A stretch of 64,000 nucleotides of DNA from Acetobacteraceae bacterium. Lineage in GTDB: Bacteria; Pseudomonadota; Alphaproteobacteria; Zavarziniales; Zavarziniaceae. The translations under genes and the position numbers were made by a program. The notes under the pieces were generated by a model, which did no database searches, was not told where the DNA came from, and worked only from the letters and a program-made list of their open reading frames with translations. The stretch lies in NCBI GenBank assembly GCA_947379865.1, contig CANCOY010000001.1, forward strand, positions 11,724-75,723, read 5' to 3'. Within the stretch, counting starts at the first letter, position 1, and each line of letters begins with the position of its first letter. Of the stretch, positions 28,610 to 38,185 are shown piece after piece.

Positions 28610-31171
28610 TCAGGCTTCCCGCAGAACCGGTGCGGCTTTGCGCCCCAGCGCCCGCCAGGTGCCCACAAGCCCGAGGACGACGGTCAGCCCCACACTGCCA
28701 AGTACCGTCAGCCCAAGGCGGCCCGGCAGCCACCACCAGGTCGCGTTCATCAGCTTGGCCACCAGCACCCATGAGGCAAGGCCACCGATCAGCGCCGCCA
28801 CAAGTGCTGCCGCCAGCCCCAGCAGGGCATATTCGATCAGATAGGCGCCCAGCACGTCGCGCCGCGTGGCGCCCAGCACCTTCAGGATCACCGCCTCATA
28901 AACCCGGTGCCGGTGCCCGGCCGCCATGGCACCCGCCAGCACCAGAACCCCCGCCACCAGGGTGACAGACGCCGCCGCACCAATGGCCATGGCGATGTCG
29001 TCCAGCAGGCGGCCGGCGGTGGCCAGCGCCTCCTTCATGGCGATCACCGAGACATTGGCAAAGCGGCTGGTGATCGCCTCGAAGATTGCGGCCTCCGCTG
29101 CCGCGTCGCGGGCATGGATGGTGGCAAGGAACGTGTGGGGGGCCGCCTCCAGGGCGCCGGGCGCAAAGACGATGGTGAAGTTGATGCCAAGGCTGGTCCA
29201 GTCGATGCGCCGCAGATTGGCGATCCGCGCCTCCACCTCGCGCCCCAGCACATTGACGCTGAGGCTATCGCCCACGCCGATTCCCATGGCCTTGGCAATG
29301 TCGGCGTCGAACGAGATCAGCGGTGGCCCGCGATAGTCTGCCGGCCACCAGTCGCCCGCCACCAAAGTGCTGCCGGCGGGTGGCGTTGCGGCGAACGTCA
29401 GCCCCCGGTCGCCCCGCAGGGCCCAGCGGCCGTCGGGCGCCACCGGCCAGTCCTCTGCCGCCACACCCTTCACCCGGGCGATCCGGCCGCGCAGCGACGG
29501 CACGCTGGCAAACTCGCCCGCCCCCGGCACCGCCGCCACGGTGGCGGCGAGGGTGGCCAATTGGTCTGGCTGGATATCCACCAGGAAGAAGGCGGGGGCG
29601 GCGGCCGGCAGGCGATCTGCCACCTCACGCGCCAGATTGCCCTGTACCAGCGAAATGGTCACCAGCAGCGTCAGGCCCAGACCCAGCGACAGCAGCACCG
29701 CCCCGGTCTCTGCCCCCGGCCGGTGCAGGTTCGCCAGCGCCAGTCTGAGGCCAGGATGGCGCGGCCGGGGCAGGCGGCGCACGCCCGCGATCAGCAGGAA
29801 GGCCGTCAGCCGCAGGGCCAGAAAGGCAAGGGCTGCCCCCACCACGAACCAGGCCGCCAGGCGCTGGTCTGCCGCTGTCAGCACCGCTAGCGCCACCAGC
29901 ACAAGCAGGGCAAGGGCCGTCATCACCACATAGACAGGGCGCGGCCATAGGCGGCTTGGCGCCACCAGATGGCGGAACAGGCCAGCCGCCGGCACTTCCC
30001 GGGCGCGGGCGAGCGGCCAGATGGCAAAGGCCAGCGACACCAGAATGCCAAAGGCCGCCGCCAGCAGCAGGGGCAGCGGATAGAATCCCAGCACCGCCGC
30101 CACGGGCAATTTGTCAGCCAGCATGGCCGTAAGCAGCGGCGGGATGGCAAGGCCCAGCCCAAGACCAAGGCCAATGCCCAGCAGGGCAAGTGCCATGATC
30201 TGGATCAGATAGATCTGGAAAATCAGACCGCCCGGCGCCCCCAGGCACTTCAGGGTCGCGATGGTCTCGGTCCGCGCCGCCAGATGGCCGCGCACGGCAT
30301 TGCCCACACCAACCCCACCCACCAGCAGGGCAGTAAGGCTGGTCAGGGTCAGGAACATGGTCATGCGGTCGACGAACTGGCGGATGCCGGGCGTGCCATT
30401 TGTGCGGTCGCGCACCCGCCAGCCCGCATCAGGCAAGGCCTGCCGCACCGCCTCGGCAACCTGGGTGGGCGAGGCATCGGCCGGCAGTTTCAGGCGCCAG
30501 GCCACCTGCATCAGGGTGCCCGGCTGGACGAGGCCCGTTGCCGCCAGCGCCGCCCGGCTGATCAGCACGCGCGGGCCAAGGGCAAAGGCCTCGCTCGCCT
30601 TGTCGGGCTCGCGGCTGATGGTGGCTGTAATCGAAAACGTTTCCTTTCCCAGCACCAGCCGGTCACCCACCACCAGGCCAAGGCGTGTCAGCAGGCTGGC
30701 CTCAACCGCTGCCCCGGGCAGGCCGCCTGCACCGGCAAAGGCACCCTCAAGCGGCAGCACCGGCGCCAGATCCACCTGCCCATAGAGCGGATAGGCGCCG
30801 TCCACCGCCTTCAATTCCACCAGGGTGCGCTTGCCCGAGGGCAGGCCTTCCGCCATGGCGCGCATCTGGATGGTCTCTGACGGCGTGCCGCGGGCCGCGA
30901 TCCAGGCCTGTTCCTCAACCGAGGCGGCGCGCTGGGACAGGCGGAACTCCATGTCGCCCCCCAGCAGGGCCTGCCCGTCACGCGCCAGCCCCTGGCCAAT
31001 CGCCGCCGAAAGCGAACCCACCCCGGCAATCGCCCCCACCCCCAGGGTGAGGCAGGCCAGAAAGACGGTGAACCCCTTCAGCCCCTGGCGCAGTTCCCGC
31101 CGCACCAGCCGGAAGGCCAATCCCATGCTGCCCATGCTGCCCCTGCTGCCCACACCGGACACCCCCGTCAT
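28610..31171 (-). CDS. FtsX-like ABC transporter permease (YbbP-like, duplicated FtsX domains)
   Basis: 853 aa, about 10 TM helices. RLVRRELRQGLKGF N-terminus. ATGA overlap with the ATPase gene. Confidence 0.85.
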   Translation of the reverse strand: MTGVSGVGSRGSMGSMGLAFRLVRRELRQGLKGFTVFLACLTLGVGAIAGVGSLSAAIGQGLARDGQALLGGDMEFRLSQRAASVEEQAWIAARGTPSETIQMRAMAEGLPSGKRTLVELKAVDGAYPLYGQVDLAPVLPLEGAFAGAGGLPGAAVEASLLTRLGLVVGDRLVLGKETFSITATISREPDKASEAFALGPRVLISRAALAATGLVQPGTLMQVAWRLKLPADASPTQVAEAVRQALPDAGWRVRDRTNGTPGIRQFVDRMTMFLTLTSLTALLVGGVGVGNAVRGHLAARTETIATLKCLGAPGGLIFQIYLIQIMALALLGIGLGLGLGLAIPPLLTAMLADKLPVAAVLGFYPLPLLLAAAFGILVSLAFAIWPLARAREVPAAGLFRHLVAPSRLWPRPVYVVMTALALLVLVALAVLTAADQRLAAWFVVGAALAFLALRLTAFLLIAGVRRLPRPRHPGLRLALANLHRPGAETGAVLLSLGLGLTLLVTISLVQGNLAREVADRLPAAAPAFFLVDIQPDQLATLAATVAAVPGAGEFASVPSLRGRIARVKGVAAEDWPVAPDGRWALRGDRGLTFAATPPAGSTLVAGDWWPADYRGPPLISFDADIAKAMGIGVGDSLSVNVLGREVEARIANLRRIDWTSLGINFTIVFAPGALEAAPHTFLATIHARDAAAEAAIFEAITSRFANVSVIAMKEALATAGRLLDDIAMAIGAAASVTLVAGVLVLAGAMAAGHRHRVYEAVILKVLGATRRDVLGAYLIEYALLGLAAALVAALIGGLASWVLVAKLMNATWWWLPGRLGLTVLGSVGLTVVLGLVGTWRALGRKAAPVLREA

Positions 31172-31929
31172 GCCGACACGCGGTCAGCGACGGAGGCAAG
31201 GGTGCCGCTGCCAGTGCCCGGCCCATCCCCCGCAATACGCCCGTCTGCCACCCGCACCACCCGGTCGCAGGCCTCAGCCAGGCGGGGGTCGTGGGTCACC
31301 AGCACCAGCGTCGCCCCCCGACGGGCGCGGGCGGCAAACAACAGGTCGACAATGGCCGCCCCCGTGACGCCGTCAAGATTGCCCGTGGGTTCGTCCGCCA
31401 GGATCAGGGGCGGGTCACCGGCCACGGCACGGGCCAGCGCCACGCGCTGCTGCTCGCCGCCAGACAGCTGGGAGGGGTAATGGGTGATGCGGTGGCCAAG
31501 GCCCATGGCCTCAAGCTCGGCCCGGGCGCGGTCAAAGGCATCACGCCGCCCGGCAAGCTCCAGGGGCACGGCAACATTTTCCAGCGCCGTCATGGTGGGG
31601 ATCAGATGAAAGGACTGGAAGACGATGCCCACATGGGCGCGGCGGAACAGCGCCAGCCCGTCTTCACTGAGGCCCACAAAGTCGGTGCCGGCGATCTGCA
31701 CCCGGCCAGAGGTTGGCCGCTCCAGCCCTGCCATCACCGCCAGCAGGGTTGACTTGCCAGAGCCCGATGGGCCAACCAGACCCAGCGCCTGGCCCTTTGG
31801 GATGGAGAGATCGATGCCCCGCAGAATGTCCACATCGCCCGCCTCGCTGCCCAGTGTCAGCGCCAGCGCCTCCAGCAGGACCAGGGGATCTGGCGTGATC
31901 AGGGGATTGCTTGCCGCACTCAGGGCCAT
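31168..31929 (-). CDS. ABC transporter ATP-binding protein (YbbA-like)
   Basis: Met 43 (MALSAASNPLI...) of ORF 31168..32055. Walker A GPSGSGKSTLL, signature LSGGEQQRVALARA. Confidence 0.85.
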   Translation of the reverse strand: MALSAASNPLITPDPLVLLEALALTLGSEAGDVDILRGIDLSIPKGQALGLVGPSGSGKSTLLAVMAGLERPTSGRVQIAGTDFVGLSEDGLALFRRAHVGIVFQSFHLIPTMTALENVAVPLELAGRRDAFDRARAELEAMGLGHRITHYPSQLSGGEQQRVALARAVAGDPPLILADEPTGNLDGVTGAAIVDLLFAARARRGATLVLVTHDPRLAEACDRVVRVADGRIAGDGPGTGSGTLASVADRVSA

Positions 31930-32632
31930 GGCCACACTCCTGCCCGGGCCAGGGGTCGGCCGGAAGCTTGTCCATGCATATGGCCCGGGGACACGTTTTT
32001 TCAACGCAAGCGCCGCACTGCTCTGCCTCCTTGGCGCCGCTGCCAGCCCGGCCACCGCCGCACCCCTCAGGGTACTGACCTTTGGCGACAGCCTCAGTGC
32101 CGGCTATGGCGTGCAGCCGGAAGAAGGCTTTGCCCCCCGTCTGGAACAGGCCCTGAAGCAGGCGGGGCTGGATGTGGTGGTGAAGGACGCCAGCGTGTCG
32201 GGCGATACCACGGCAGGTGGCGTCAACCGCCTCGACTGGGCGCTGGCCGCCTTTGGCGCCGAGAAGCCCGATCTGGTCATCGTGGAACTTGGTGCCAACG
32301 ACATGCTGCGCGGCCTCGACCCGGCTGAGCCCCGGGCCAATCTGGACCGCATCCTCAGCCGTCTTGCGGCCGAGGGGGTGCCGGCCCTGCTGGCGGGCAT
32401 GCGCGCCGCCCCCAACCTTGGCCCCGCTTATCAGGCCCGCTTCGATGCGATCTATGGCGAGCTGGCGAAAACCCACAAGGTGGTGTTGCACCCCTTCTTC
32501 ATGGCCGCCGTGGTGGGCAAGCCCGAGCTGATGCAGGCCGACATGCTGCACCCCAACCCAAAGGGCGTTGACGCCATGGTGGCCGAGATCCTGCCCAGCG
32601 TGACCAGGGCCCTTGGCAAGACCGGCCCCTGA
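31928..32632 (+). CDS. SGNH/GDSL arylesterase-lysophospholipase (TesA-like), exported
   Basis: Met 102 of ORF 31625..32632. GDSLSAGYG block I, GANDMLRG block III, and DMLHPN near the C-terminus. Divergent from the ybbA-like gene, as in the E. coli tesA-ybbA-ybbP arrangement. Confidence 0.8.
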   Translation: MATLLPGPGVGRKLVHAYGPGTRFFNASAALLCLLGAAASPATAAPLRVLTFGDSLSAGYGVQPEEGFAPRLEQALKQAGLDVVVKDASVSGDTTAGGVNRLDWALAAFGAEKPDLVIVELGANDMLRGLDPAEPRANLDRILSRLAAEGVPALLAGMRAAPNLGPAYQARFDAIYGELAKTHKVVLHPFFMAAVVGKPELMQADMLHPNPKGVDAMVAEILPSVTRALGKTGP

Positions 32633-32693
32633 TCCGGCCTTTTGCCAATATCCCACTCCGTGCCATAAGGGGGGAAACGTGAGGGGGAAACAG

Positions 32694-33728
32694 ATGAAGT
32701 ATCGCCAGCTTGCCCACACCGGCCTTGATGTGTCGGTCATTTGCCTTGGCACCATGACCTGGGGTGTCCAGAACACCGAGGCTGAGGGCTTTGCCCAGAT
32801 GGACATGGCCTGGGACCGGGGCGTGAACTGGCTGGATACGGCCGAGATGTATCCGGTTCCCCCCACCGCCAGCACCCAGGGCGCCACCGAGACCATCATC
32901 GGCAACTGGATGAAGGCAAGGGGCAACCGCGACAAGGTGATTGTCGCCACCAAGGTGGCGGGCCGCCAGCCCGGCTCCCACATCCGCCCGCCGGAAAGCC
33001 GGGTCAATGCCGCCCATATCAAGGCCGCACTCGACGCCAGCCTGAAGCGCCTGCAGACCGATTATGTCGACCTCTATCAGGTCCACTGGCCCGAGCGGCA
33101 GGTGAACAATTTCGGCCGGCTTGGCTATGTGCCCGGCAAGGACGAGGACGCGGTACCCCTGCTTGAGACGCTGGAGGCCCTGGCGGCTGAAGTGAAGGCC
33201 GGTCGCGTGCGCCATATCGGTGTCTCCAACGAGACGCCCTGGGGCGTGATGAACTATCTGCGCCTGGCCGAGGCCCATGGCCTGCCGCGCATTGCCTCCA
33301 TCCAGAACCCCTATTCCCTGGTCAACCGCAGCTTCGAGATTGGTCTGGCGGAAATCGCCCATCGCGAATCCGTGGACCTGCTGGCCTATTCGCCGCTGGC
33401 CATGGGGGCGCTGTCGGGCAAGTACCTGGAGGGCAAGCCGCCGGGTGCCCGCATGACCATCTTCGACCGCTTCATCCGCTATCTGGTGCCAGCCGGCATT
33501 GCTGCCACCGCGCGCTATGTGCAGCTGGCCCGCGACCATGGCCTCGACCCCAGCCAGATGGCGCTGGCCTTTGTGAATTCGCGGCCCTTCAACGGCGGCA
33601 CGATCATTGGCGCCACCACCCTGGAACAACTGGCGCTGGACATCGATTCCATTGATGTGACCCTGTCGAAAGAGGTCCTCGACGGGATCGAGGCCATCCA
33701 CCGCGAGATCAGCAACCCCTGCCCCTGA
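32694..33728 (+). CDS. Aldo/keto reductase (Tas-like NADP(H)-dependent oxidoreductase)
   Basis: Met 28 (MKYRQLAHTGLDVSVICLGTMTWG) of ORF 32613..33728, preceded by GAGGGGG. DLYQVHWP motif. Confidence 0.9.
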   Translation: MKYRQLAHTGLDVSVICLGTMTWGVQNTEAEGFAQMDMAWDRGVNWLDTAEMYPVPPTASTQGATETIIGNWMKARGNRDKVIVATKVAGRQPGSHIRPPESRVNAAHIKAALDASLKRLQTDYVDLYQVHWPERQVNNFGRLGYVPGKDEDAVPLLETLEALAAEVKAGRVRHIGVSNETPWGVMNYLRLAEAHGLPRIASIQNPYSLVNRSFEIGLAEIAHRESVDLLAYSPLAMGALSGKYLEGKPPGARMTIFDRFIRYLVPAGIAATARYVQLARDHGLDPSQMALAFVNSRPFNGGTIIGATTLEQLALDIDSIDVTLSKEVLDGIEAIHREISNPCP

Positions 33729-33768
33729 ACCACGGTTCAGGCGGCGGGCGCCACAAGAGGGTGCGCTT

Positions 33769-34371
33769 ATGCGTGTCTTTGTCGGGCTTGACCTGCCCGC
33801 ACCCCTCACCACCCGGCTGGGCCTGCTGAAGGGCGGCCTGCCGGGGGCGCGCTGGGTGAAGCCAGAGAACATGCACGTCACCCTGCACTTTCTGGGGGAG
33901 GTGGACGGTGCGCGGCTGGACGATGTGGATCTGGCCCTGTCCGGCGTCATGGCCGAGCCGTTCACCCTGCAGCTTGCCGGGGCCGGGGAATTTGGTGGCG
34001 CCAAGGGGCCGCGCGTGGTCTGGGCCGGCCTTGCCCCCTCACCAGCCCTGGAACAGCTGCACGGGCGGGTTGCCGGTGCACTCGCCCGCTTTGGCGTGGA
34101 GACAGAGGCGCGGCGCTTTGTGCCCCATGTCACCCTGGCCTGGCTGCGCGATACGCCGTACGAGCGGGTGGCGGAATTTGTAACCCACCACGCCCTGCTG
34201 GCCAGCGACCCCTGGCCCGTCGCCAGCCTGCACCTCTATTCCTCCCATGCCGGGCGCGAGGGACATGATTACCGTATCGAGGCAAGTTACCCCTTTGCCG
34301 CCAACCTCATGGAGGCGGCCTGGGACGAAGACGACGAAGATGAAGAACCGGGAACGGAGGAGTGGGGATGA
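33769..34371 (+). CDS. thpR: RNA 2',3'-cyclic phosphodiesterase (2H phosphoesterase, ThpR/LigT)
   Basis: 200 aa. Two HxT motifs (MHVTLHFLG and PHVTLAW). Acidic C-terminal tail. Confidence 0.85.
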   Translation: MRVFVGLDLPAPLTTRLGLLKGGLPGARWVKPENMHVTLHFLGEVDGARLDDVDLALSGVMAEPFTLQLAGAGEFGGAKGPRVVWAGLAPSPALEQLHGRVAGALARFGVETEARRFVPHVTLAWLRDTPYERVAEFVTHHALLASDPWPVASLHLYSSHAGREGHDYRIEASYPFAANLMEAAWDEDDEDEEPGTEEWG

Positions 34372-35084
34372 CTGGCAGGCGGATCGTGATCCTGACGGGG
34401 GCCGGCATCTCGGCTGAATCAGGCCTTGGCACCTTTCGCGACAAGGATGGCCTGTGGACGAAGGTGCGCCTGGAAGACGTGGCGACGCCGGAGGGCTTTG
34501 CCCGCGACCCCGAGGGCTGCCATGCCTTCTATAACGCACGGCGTGGCGGCATGATTGCGGCCCGGCCCAATGCCGCCCATTTCGCCCTGGCCCGCCTGGA
34601 AGCAGGCCTTGCCGAACGCGGGGCGGGCGAGGTGCTGATCGTCACCCAGAATATCGACGACCTGCACGAAAAGGCCGGCAGCACCAACCTGATCCACATG
34701 CATGGCGAGATGGGCAAGGCACGCTGTGGCCATTGCGAGCATGTCCTCCCCTGGGCGGGCGACCTTTCCACCGCTTTGGCCTGTGGCGCCTGTGGCCGCA
34801 GCGGCGCCATGCGGCCCCATGTGGTCTGGTTCGGCGAAATGCCCTTTGACCTCGACCGCATTGCCGAGGCGCTGGCCGACTGTGACCTGTTCGTGTCCAT
34901 CGGCACCTCGGGCAATGTCTATCCCGCCGCCGGTTTTGTCGCGGACGTGCGCCGCCGTGGCCTGGCCCGCACCCTGGAACTCAACCTCGAACCCTCTGAA
35001 GGCTTCTCCCTCTTCGAAGAACGCCTCTATGGCCCCGCCACCGAAATCGTCCCCGCCTGGGTGGAGGCGCTGCTGGAGGGGTGA
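34362..35084 (+). CDS. cobB: NAD-dependent protein deacylase (Sir2 family)
   Basis: 240 aa. GAGISAESGLGTFRD, QNIDDLHEKAG, Zn-ribbon CxxC...CxxC. Confidence 0.9.
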   Translation: MGMTGRRIVILTGAGISAESGLGTFRDKDGLWTKVRLEDVATPEGFARDPEGCHAFYNARRGGMIAARPNAAHFALARLEAGLAERGAGEVLIVTQNIDDLHEKAGSTNLIHMHGEMGKARCGHCEHVLPWAGDLSTALACGACGRSGAMRPHVVWFGEMPFDLDRIAEALADCDLFVSIGTSGNVYPAAGFVADVRRRGLARTLELNLEPSEGFSLFEERLYGPATEIVPAWVEALLEG

Positions 35085-35445
35085 GGAGAAATCTGGCGCA
35101 TGCCTGTAACGAGGCGCTTGGGAGGATCGCCGTCAAAGCCGATCATGCCCCTGCCAGTACCCTGATTTGGTATATTTGAGAGCTTCAATGGCTTCCAGGT
35201 TCTCAGCAGGCAGACTGGAGACCTGGGCAGGACACGCCTTGTTGCTGGCCGACCCAGCCACGCACGTCTTGCCGAGGGCCGTAGCCCCAGATGACCGGAG
35301 AACGCCCGCCGGCGCCGGCGGTCACGCGGGCTTGATCAATGGCCGTGTCGATATGGTTTTTATATAGTCTAATAACTGAGGGCAGCACTCAGCAAACGCG
35401 GCCCTTGAACAAGCTTCACTCGACCAGGCAAGTCAGAGATCCTTC

Positions 35446-37164
35446 ATGAAACAAAATTTCGGCATTCTATCAATCTCTCCAGCCTATCTTGGCGGATTTT
35501 TTGCTGTCCTTATGATTGGCCTCGCTGGTATTGGCGGCGTCCTGAATTACTCGGCGATTCCATTTTGGGATACCTGGGATGCCGCCCTCTCCATGATGCT
35601 GCGCCTCCATGATGGAGATACGACGGTATGGTGGTCCCAGCATAACGAGCACAGACTTATTCTCGCGCGCGCCCTGATCTGGTTTGATTTTAAGTTCTTT
35701 GACGGAATGGGATATTTTCTAGTTTTCTTTAACTACGGACTTTGTGCAATATCAGGAGTAATTTTCTATTGTTTTATGGAAAAAATTAATTATCATGACA
35801 ATAATTCTAAAAATAAAACAAACAGAATGGCACTGTATTTTTTCTTGATTGGCAGCACATTTTTATGGACTCAGGTGGAAAATTTTGTTTTGGGTCTAAA
35901 TTGCAATTTTTTTATGGCGCAATTGTTGCCATTAATTGCTTTTTACTGTCTTGCCAGATCTTCTGTTTCGGGCTCACGGCGAGATTTTTTGATTGCCTCC
36001 CTGTTCGGAACCCTTTCTGCAGGCACGCTGGCGAGCGGTGTGGTGATTGCGCCCCTCATGCTTGGCTACGTCCTGGTGCTGCGGCAGGGCTTGGCCAGGG
36101 CTGCCACCCTTGGCGTTATTTCCATTACGATTATGTTTTATTACTTTAATGGTTATGTAACGCCATCGGAGCACGGTTACGCGGGCAGCGCTTTCATCCA
36201 CCACCCGATTGGCGTGTTCAACTATGCCATGATGTTTCTTGGCTGTCCGTTCAACTTCCTGGTAGGGGGTGGGCGGCTTGGCAAGCTGGTGGCGCTCAAT
36301 TCCGGTATTGTCTTTACGATCATGTTTGCCGCTCTCGTGCGGAGATGGATCTATACCGTAGAGAAATCGCCGTTTACGGCCGCGCTGCTTTTTTTCATCG
36401 CCTATATCGGGATCTCTGCCGTAGCGACTGGCGGCGGCCGTCTAGTCCTTGGTGAGGCGAGCGCCTTTGCTTCCCGCTATACCACACCGGCCATCATGGG
36501 CTGGGTGGCGCTGCTTCTGCTGCTGTGGCACCGCTCAGGCGACCGGCCGGCCACAAACACCAGACGCCCTGTGATTTTTTTCACAGCTATCGGTGCCCTT
36601 ATGCTGGCGTACCAGGTCCAGGCGCTCAGGAATGCAAGCGCGACGCTGTTTCCAAGAGAGGTTGCCGCCCTTGCCCTGAGTCTCGACATCAATGACGAGG
36701 CCGCAATCAGGAAGATCTATCCCGTTCCCCACCGCGCCCTGATGCTCAGCCGGGCAGCCCTTCCCCTTGGCCTGTCGATTTTCGGGCAGCCCCCTTATGC
36801 AGGCCTCTGGCACGAGATGGGGACACCCCTTGCGCTGCCAGAGGCCCCGGCCTGCCTTGGTGCGCTCGACGCGGCCATACCGGTCGCCGGGGCGCCCGCC
36901 TACATCCAGGTGACCGGCTGGCTGATTGATCCCCAGACGCGCTCAGCCCCAAAGACCATCCGTTTCATCGGTGATCAGGGCCTTGTGGAGGGGATCGCAA
37001 TGGTGGGCCAGAGGCGCAACCAAGTCGGCAAGACGATCGATCGGGACACAGGATATGCCGGCTTTGTCGGCTATCTTCGGGCCGGTTCTGCCGGCACAAG
37101 CGTCACCGCAACCGGCGGCGGGGCAGGGTGCAGGATCAGTTTCCATATTCCGCCACTGACCTGA
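35446..37164 (+). CDS. Polytopic inner-membrane protein with a C-terminal soluble domain; function unknown (GT-C-like topology is a guess)
   Basis: 572 aa, at least 10 hydrophobic segments, no diagnostic motif recognised. The 5' third contains a segment of about 31% GC (hand count, 35701-35880). Confidence 0.7.
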   Translation: MKQNFGILSISPAYLGGFFAVLMIGLAGIGGVLNYSAIPFWDTWDAALSMMLRLHDGDTTVWWSQHNEHRLILARALIWFDFKFFDGMGYFLVFFNYGLCAISGVIFYCFMEKINYHDNNSKNKTNRMALYFFLIGSTFLWTQVENFVLGLNCNFFMAQLLPLIAFYCLARSSVSGSRRDFLIASLFGTLSAGTLASGVVIAPLMLGYVLVLRQGLARAATLGVISITIMFYYFNGYVTPSEHGYAGSAFIHHPIGVFNYAMMFLGCPFNFLVGGGRLGKLVALNSGIVFTIMFAALVRRWIYTVEKSPFTAALLFFIAYIGISAVATGGGRLVLGEASAFASRYTTPAIMGWVALLLLLWHRSGDRPATNTRRPVIFFTAIGALMLAYQVQALRNASATLFPREVAALALSLDINDEAAIRKIYPVPHRALMLSRAALPLGLSIFGQPPYAGLWHEMGTPLALPEAPACLGALDAAIPVAGAPAYIQVTGWLIDPQTRSAPKTIRFIGDQGLVEGIAMVGQRRNQVGKTIDRDTGYAGFVGYLRAGSAGTSVTATGGGAGCRISFHIPPLT

Positions 37165-37340
37165 GGCAGGCGAACACGATAACGCCGCAGACGCGCCTCA
37201 GCGAGGATCTGGGGATCGATTCCCTCAAGTTCATCGAACTTGAGGGAATCGAACAGGAGCTGAACATCGCCATCAGTGACGATGCCGTGGCCTCTGTCCG
37301 CGACCTTGGCGGCCTGCTCGAGGCTTTGGCCCTGGCCTAG
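37128..37340 (+). CDS. Acyl-carrier-protein-like fragment (helix II-IV only; possible gene remnant)
   Basis: 70 aa, GTG start overlapping the preceding gene by 37 nt. EDLGIDSLKFIELEGIEQEL matches the ACP phosphopantetheine-site motif DLGxDSL. The helix I region is missing. Confidence 0.35.
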   Translation: MQDQFPYSATDLRQANTITPQTRLSEDLGIDSLKFIELEGIEQELNIAISDDAVASVRDLGGLLEALALA

Positions 37341-37351
37341 GGCGCCCAGCC

Positions 37352-37798
37352 CTAGCCCCCGTCGCCAATGCCCTCATCTGGCCCCGCGCCATCCGCTGCA
37401 TCGGGCGCTGCTTCCAGCGCTTCCATCTGGGCGTCGGAGAGGCCGAAGTGGTGGCCGATTTCGTGGATCAGGACATTGCGCACCAGATCGCCGAGGCGCT
37501 CGCCCGTCTCGCACCATTCGTCGAGGATGGGGCGGCGGTAAAGGAACACCATGTCCACATGGGTACCCGCATCGCCCACCGATTTTTCGGTCAGGCTGGT
37601 GCCTTGATAGAGGCCCAGCAGCTCATAGGGGCTTTCAAGCTCCATGTCGGCGCAGGTCTCTTCGTCCGGGAAATCCTCCACCCGGATGATGACACCGGCC
37701 GCCATGGCGCGCAGCTCTGGCGGGATCTCGCCAAGGGCATGGTCGGCAAGCGCCTCGATATCGGCGAGACTGGGGGCAAGACTGTCTGACATGGTCAT
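37352..37798 (-). CDS. Minimal zinc metallopeptidase family protein (Zincin_1/DUF1025-like)
   Basis: Met 13 of ORF 37352..37834. [13 protein letters not shown] (HExxHH) motif. Start at 37792 is also possible. Confidence 0.75.
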   Translation of the reverse strand: MTMSDSLAPSLADIEALADHALGEIPPELRAMAAGVIIRVEDFPDEETCADMELESPYELLGLYQGTSLTEKSVGDAGTHVDMVFLYRRPILDEWCETGERLGDLVRNVLIHEIGHHFGLSDAQMEALEAAPDAADGAGPDEGIGDGG

Positions 37799-37825
37799 GA
37801 ACACACCCGGCATGAGGAGAAGCCA

Positions 37826-38119
37826 ATGAGACAACGGATCACAGGCACGGCCCGCACGGAAGCCCTGGCAAGCCTACCCGCCTGGACAGAGGTGCCGGGC
37901 CGCGACGCCATCAGCCGCCGCTTCACCTTCGCCGACTTCAACGAGGCCTTCGGCTTCATGACCCGCGCCGCCTTGCTGGCAGAGAAGATGGACCATCACC
38001 CCGAATGGTCCAATGTCTACAACAAGGTGGACGTAACCCTCAGCACCCACGACGCCGGCGGCCTCACCGACCTTGACCTGGCCATGGCCAGAGCAATGGA
38101 TGGCTGGGCGGGGGGGTAA
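37826..38119 (+). CDS. phhB: 4a-hydroxytetrahydrobiopterin (pterin-4-alpha-carbinolamine) dehydratase
   Basis: 97 aa. [44 protein letters not shown] is the family signature. Confidence 0.9.
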   Translation: MRQRITGTARTEALASLPAWTEVPGRDAISRRFTFADFNEAFGFMTRAALLAEKMDHHPEWSNVYNKVDVTLSTHDAGGLTDLDLAMARAMDGWAGG

Positions 38120-38185
38120 GGGCCTCTCCCCAAACGAAAACGGGGGGCCGGTGGCCCCCCGTCTGGATCTGCGCAGGTGCGGAGA

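Noticed and set aside
31625-31927. Upstream 101-aa extension of the tesA-like ORF
   Set aside because: It is antisense to the ybbA-like ATPase coding region and has a Ser/Pro/Arg-rich composition. The signal peptide and GDSL block begin after Met 102.
35167-35388. Small ORFs (66 aa on the plus strand, 61 aa on the minus strand) in the gap between cobB and the membrane-protein gene
   Set aside because: They mutually overlap, have no Shine-Dalgarno sequence and no recognisable motif. They may be relics, but there is no support for calling them genes.
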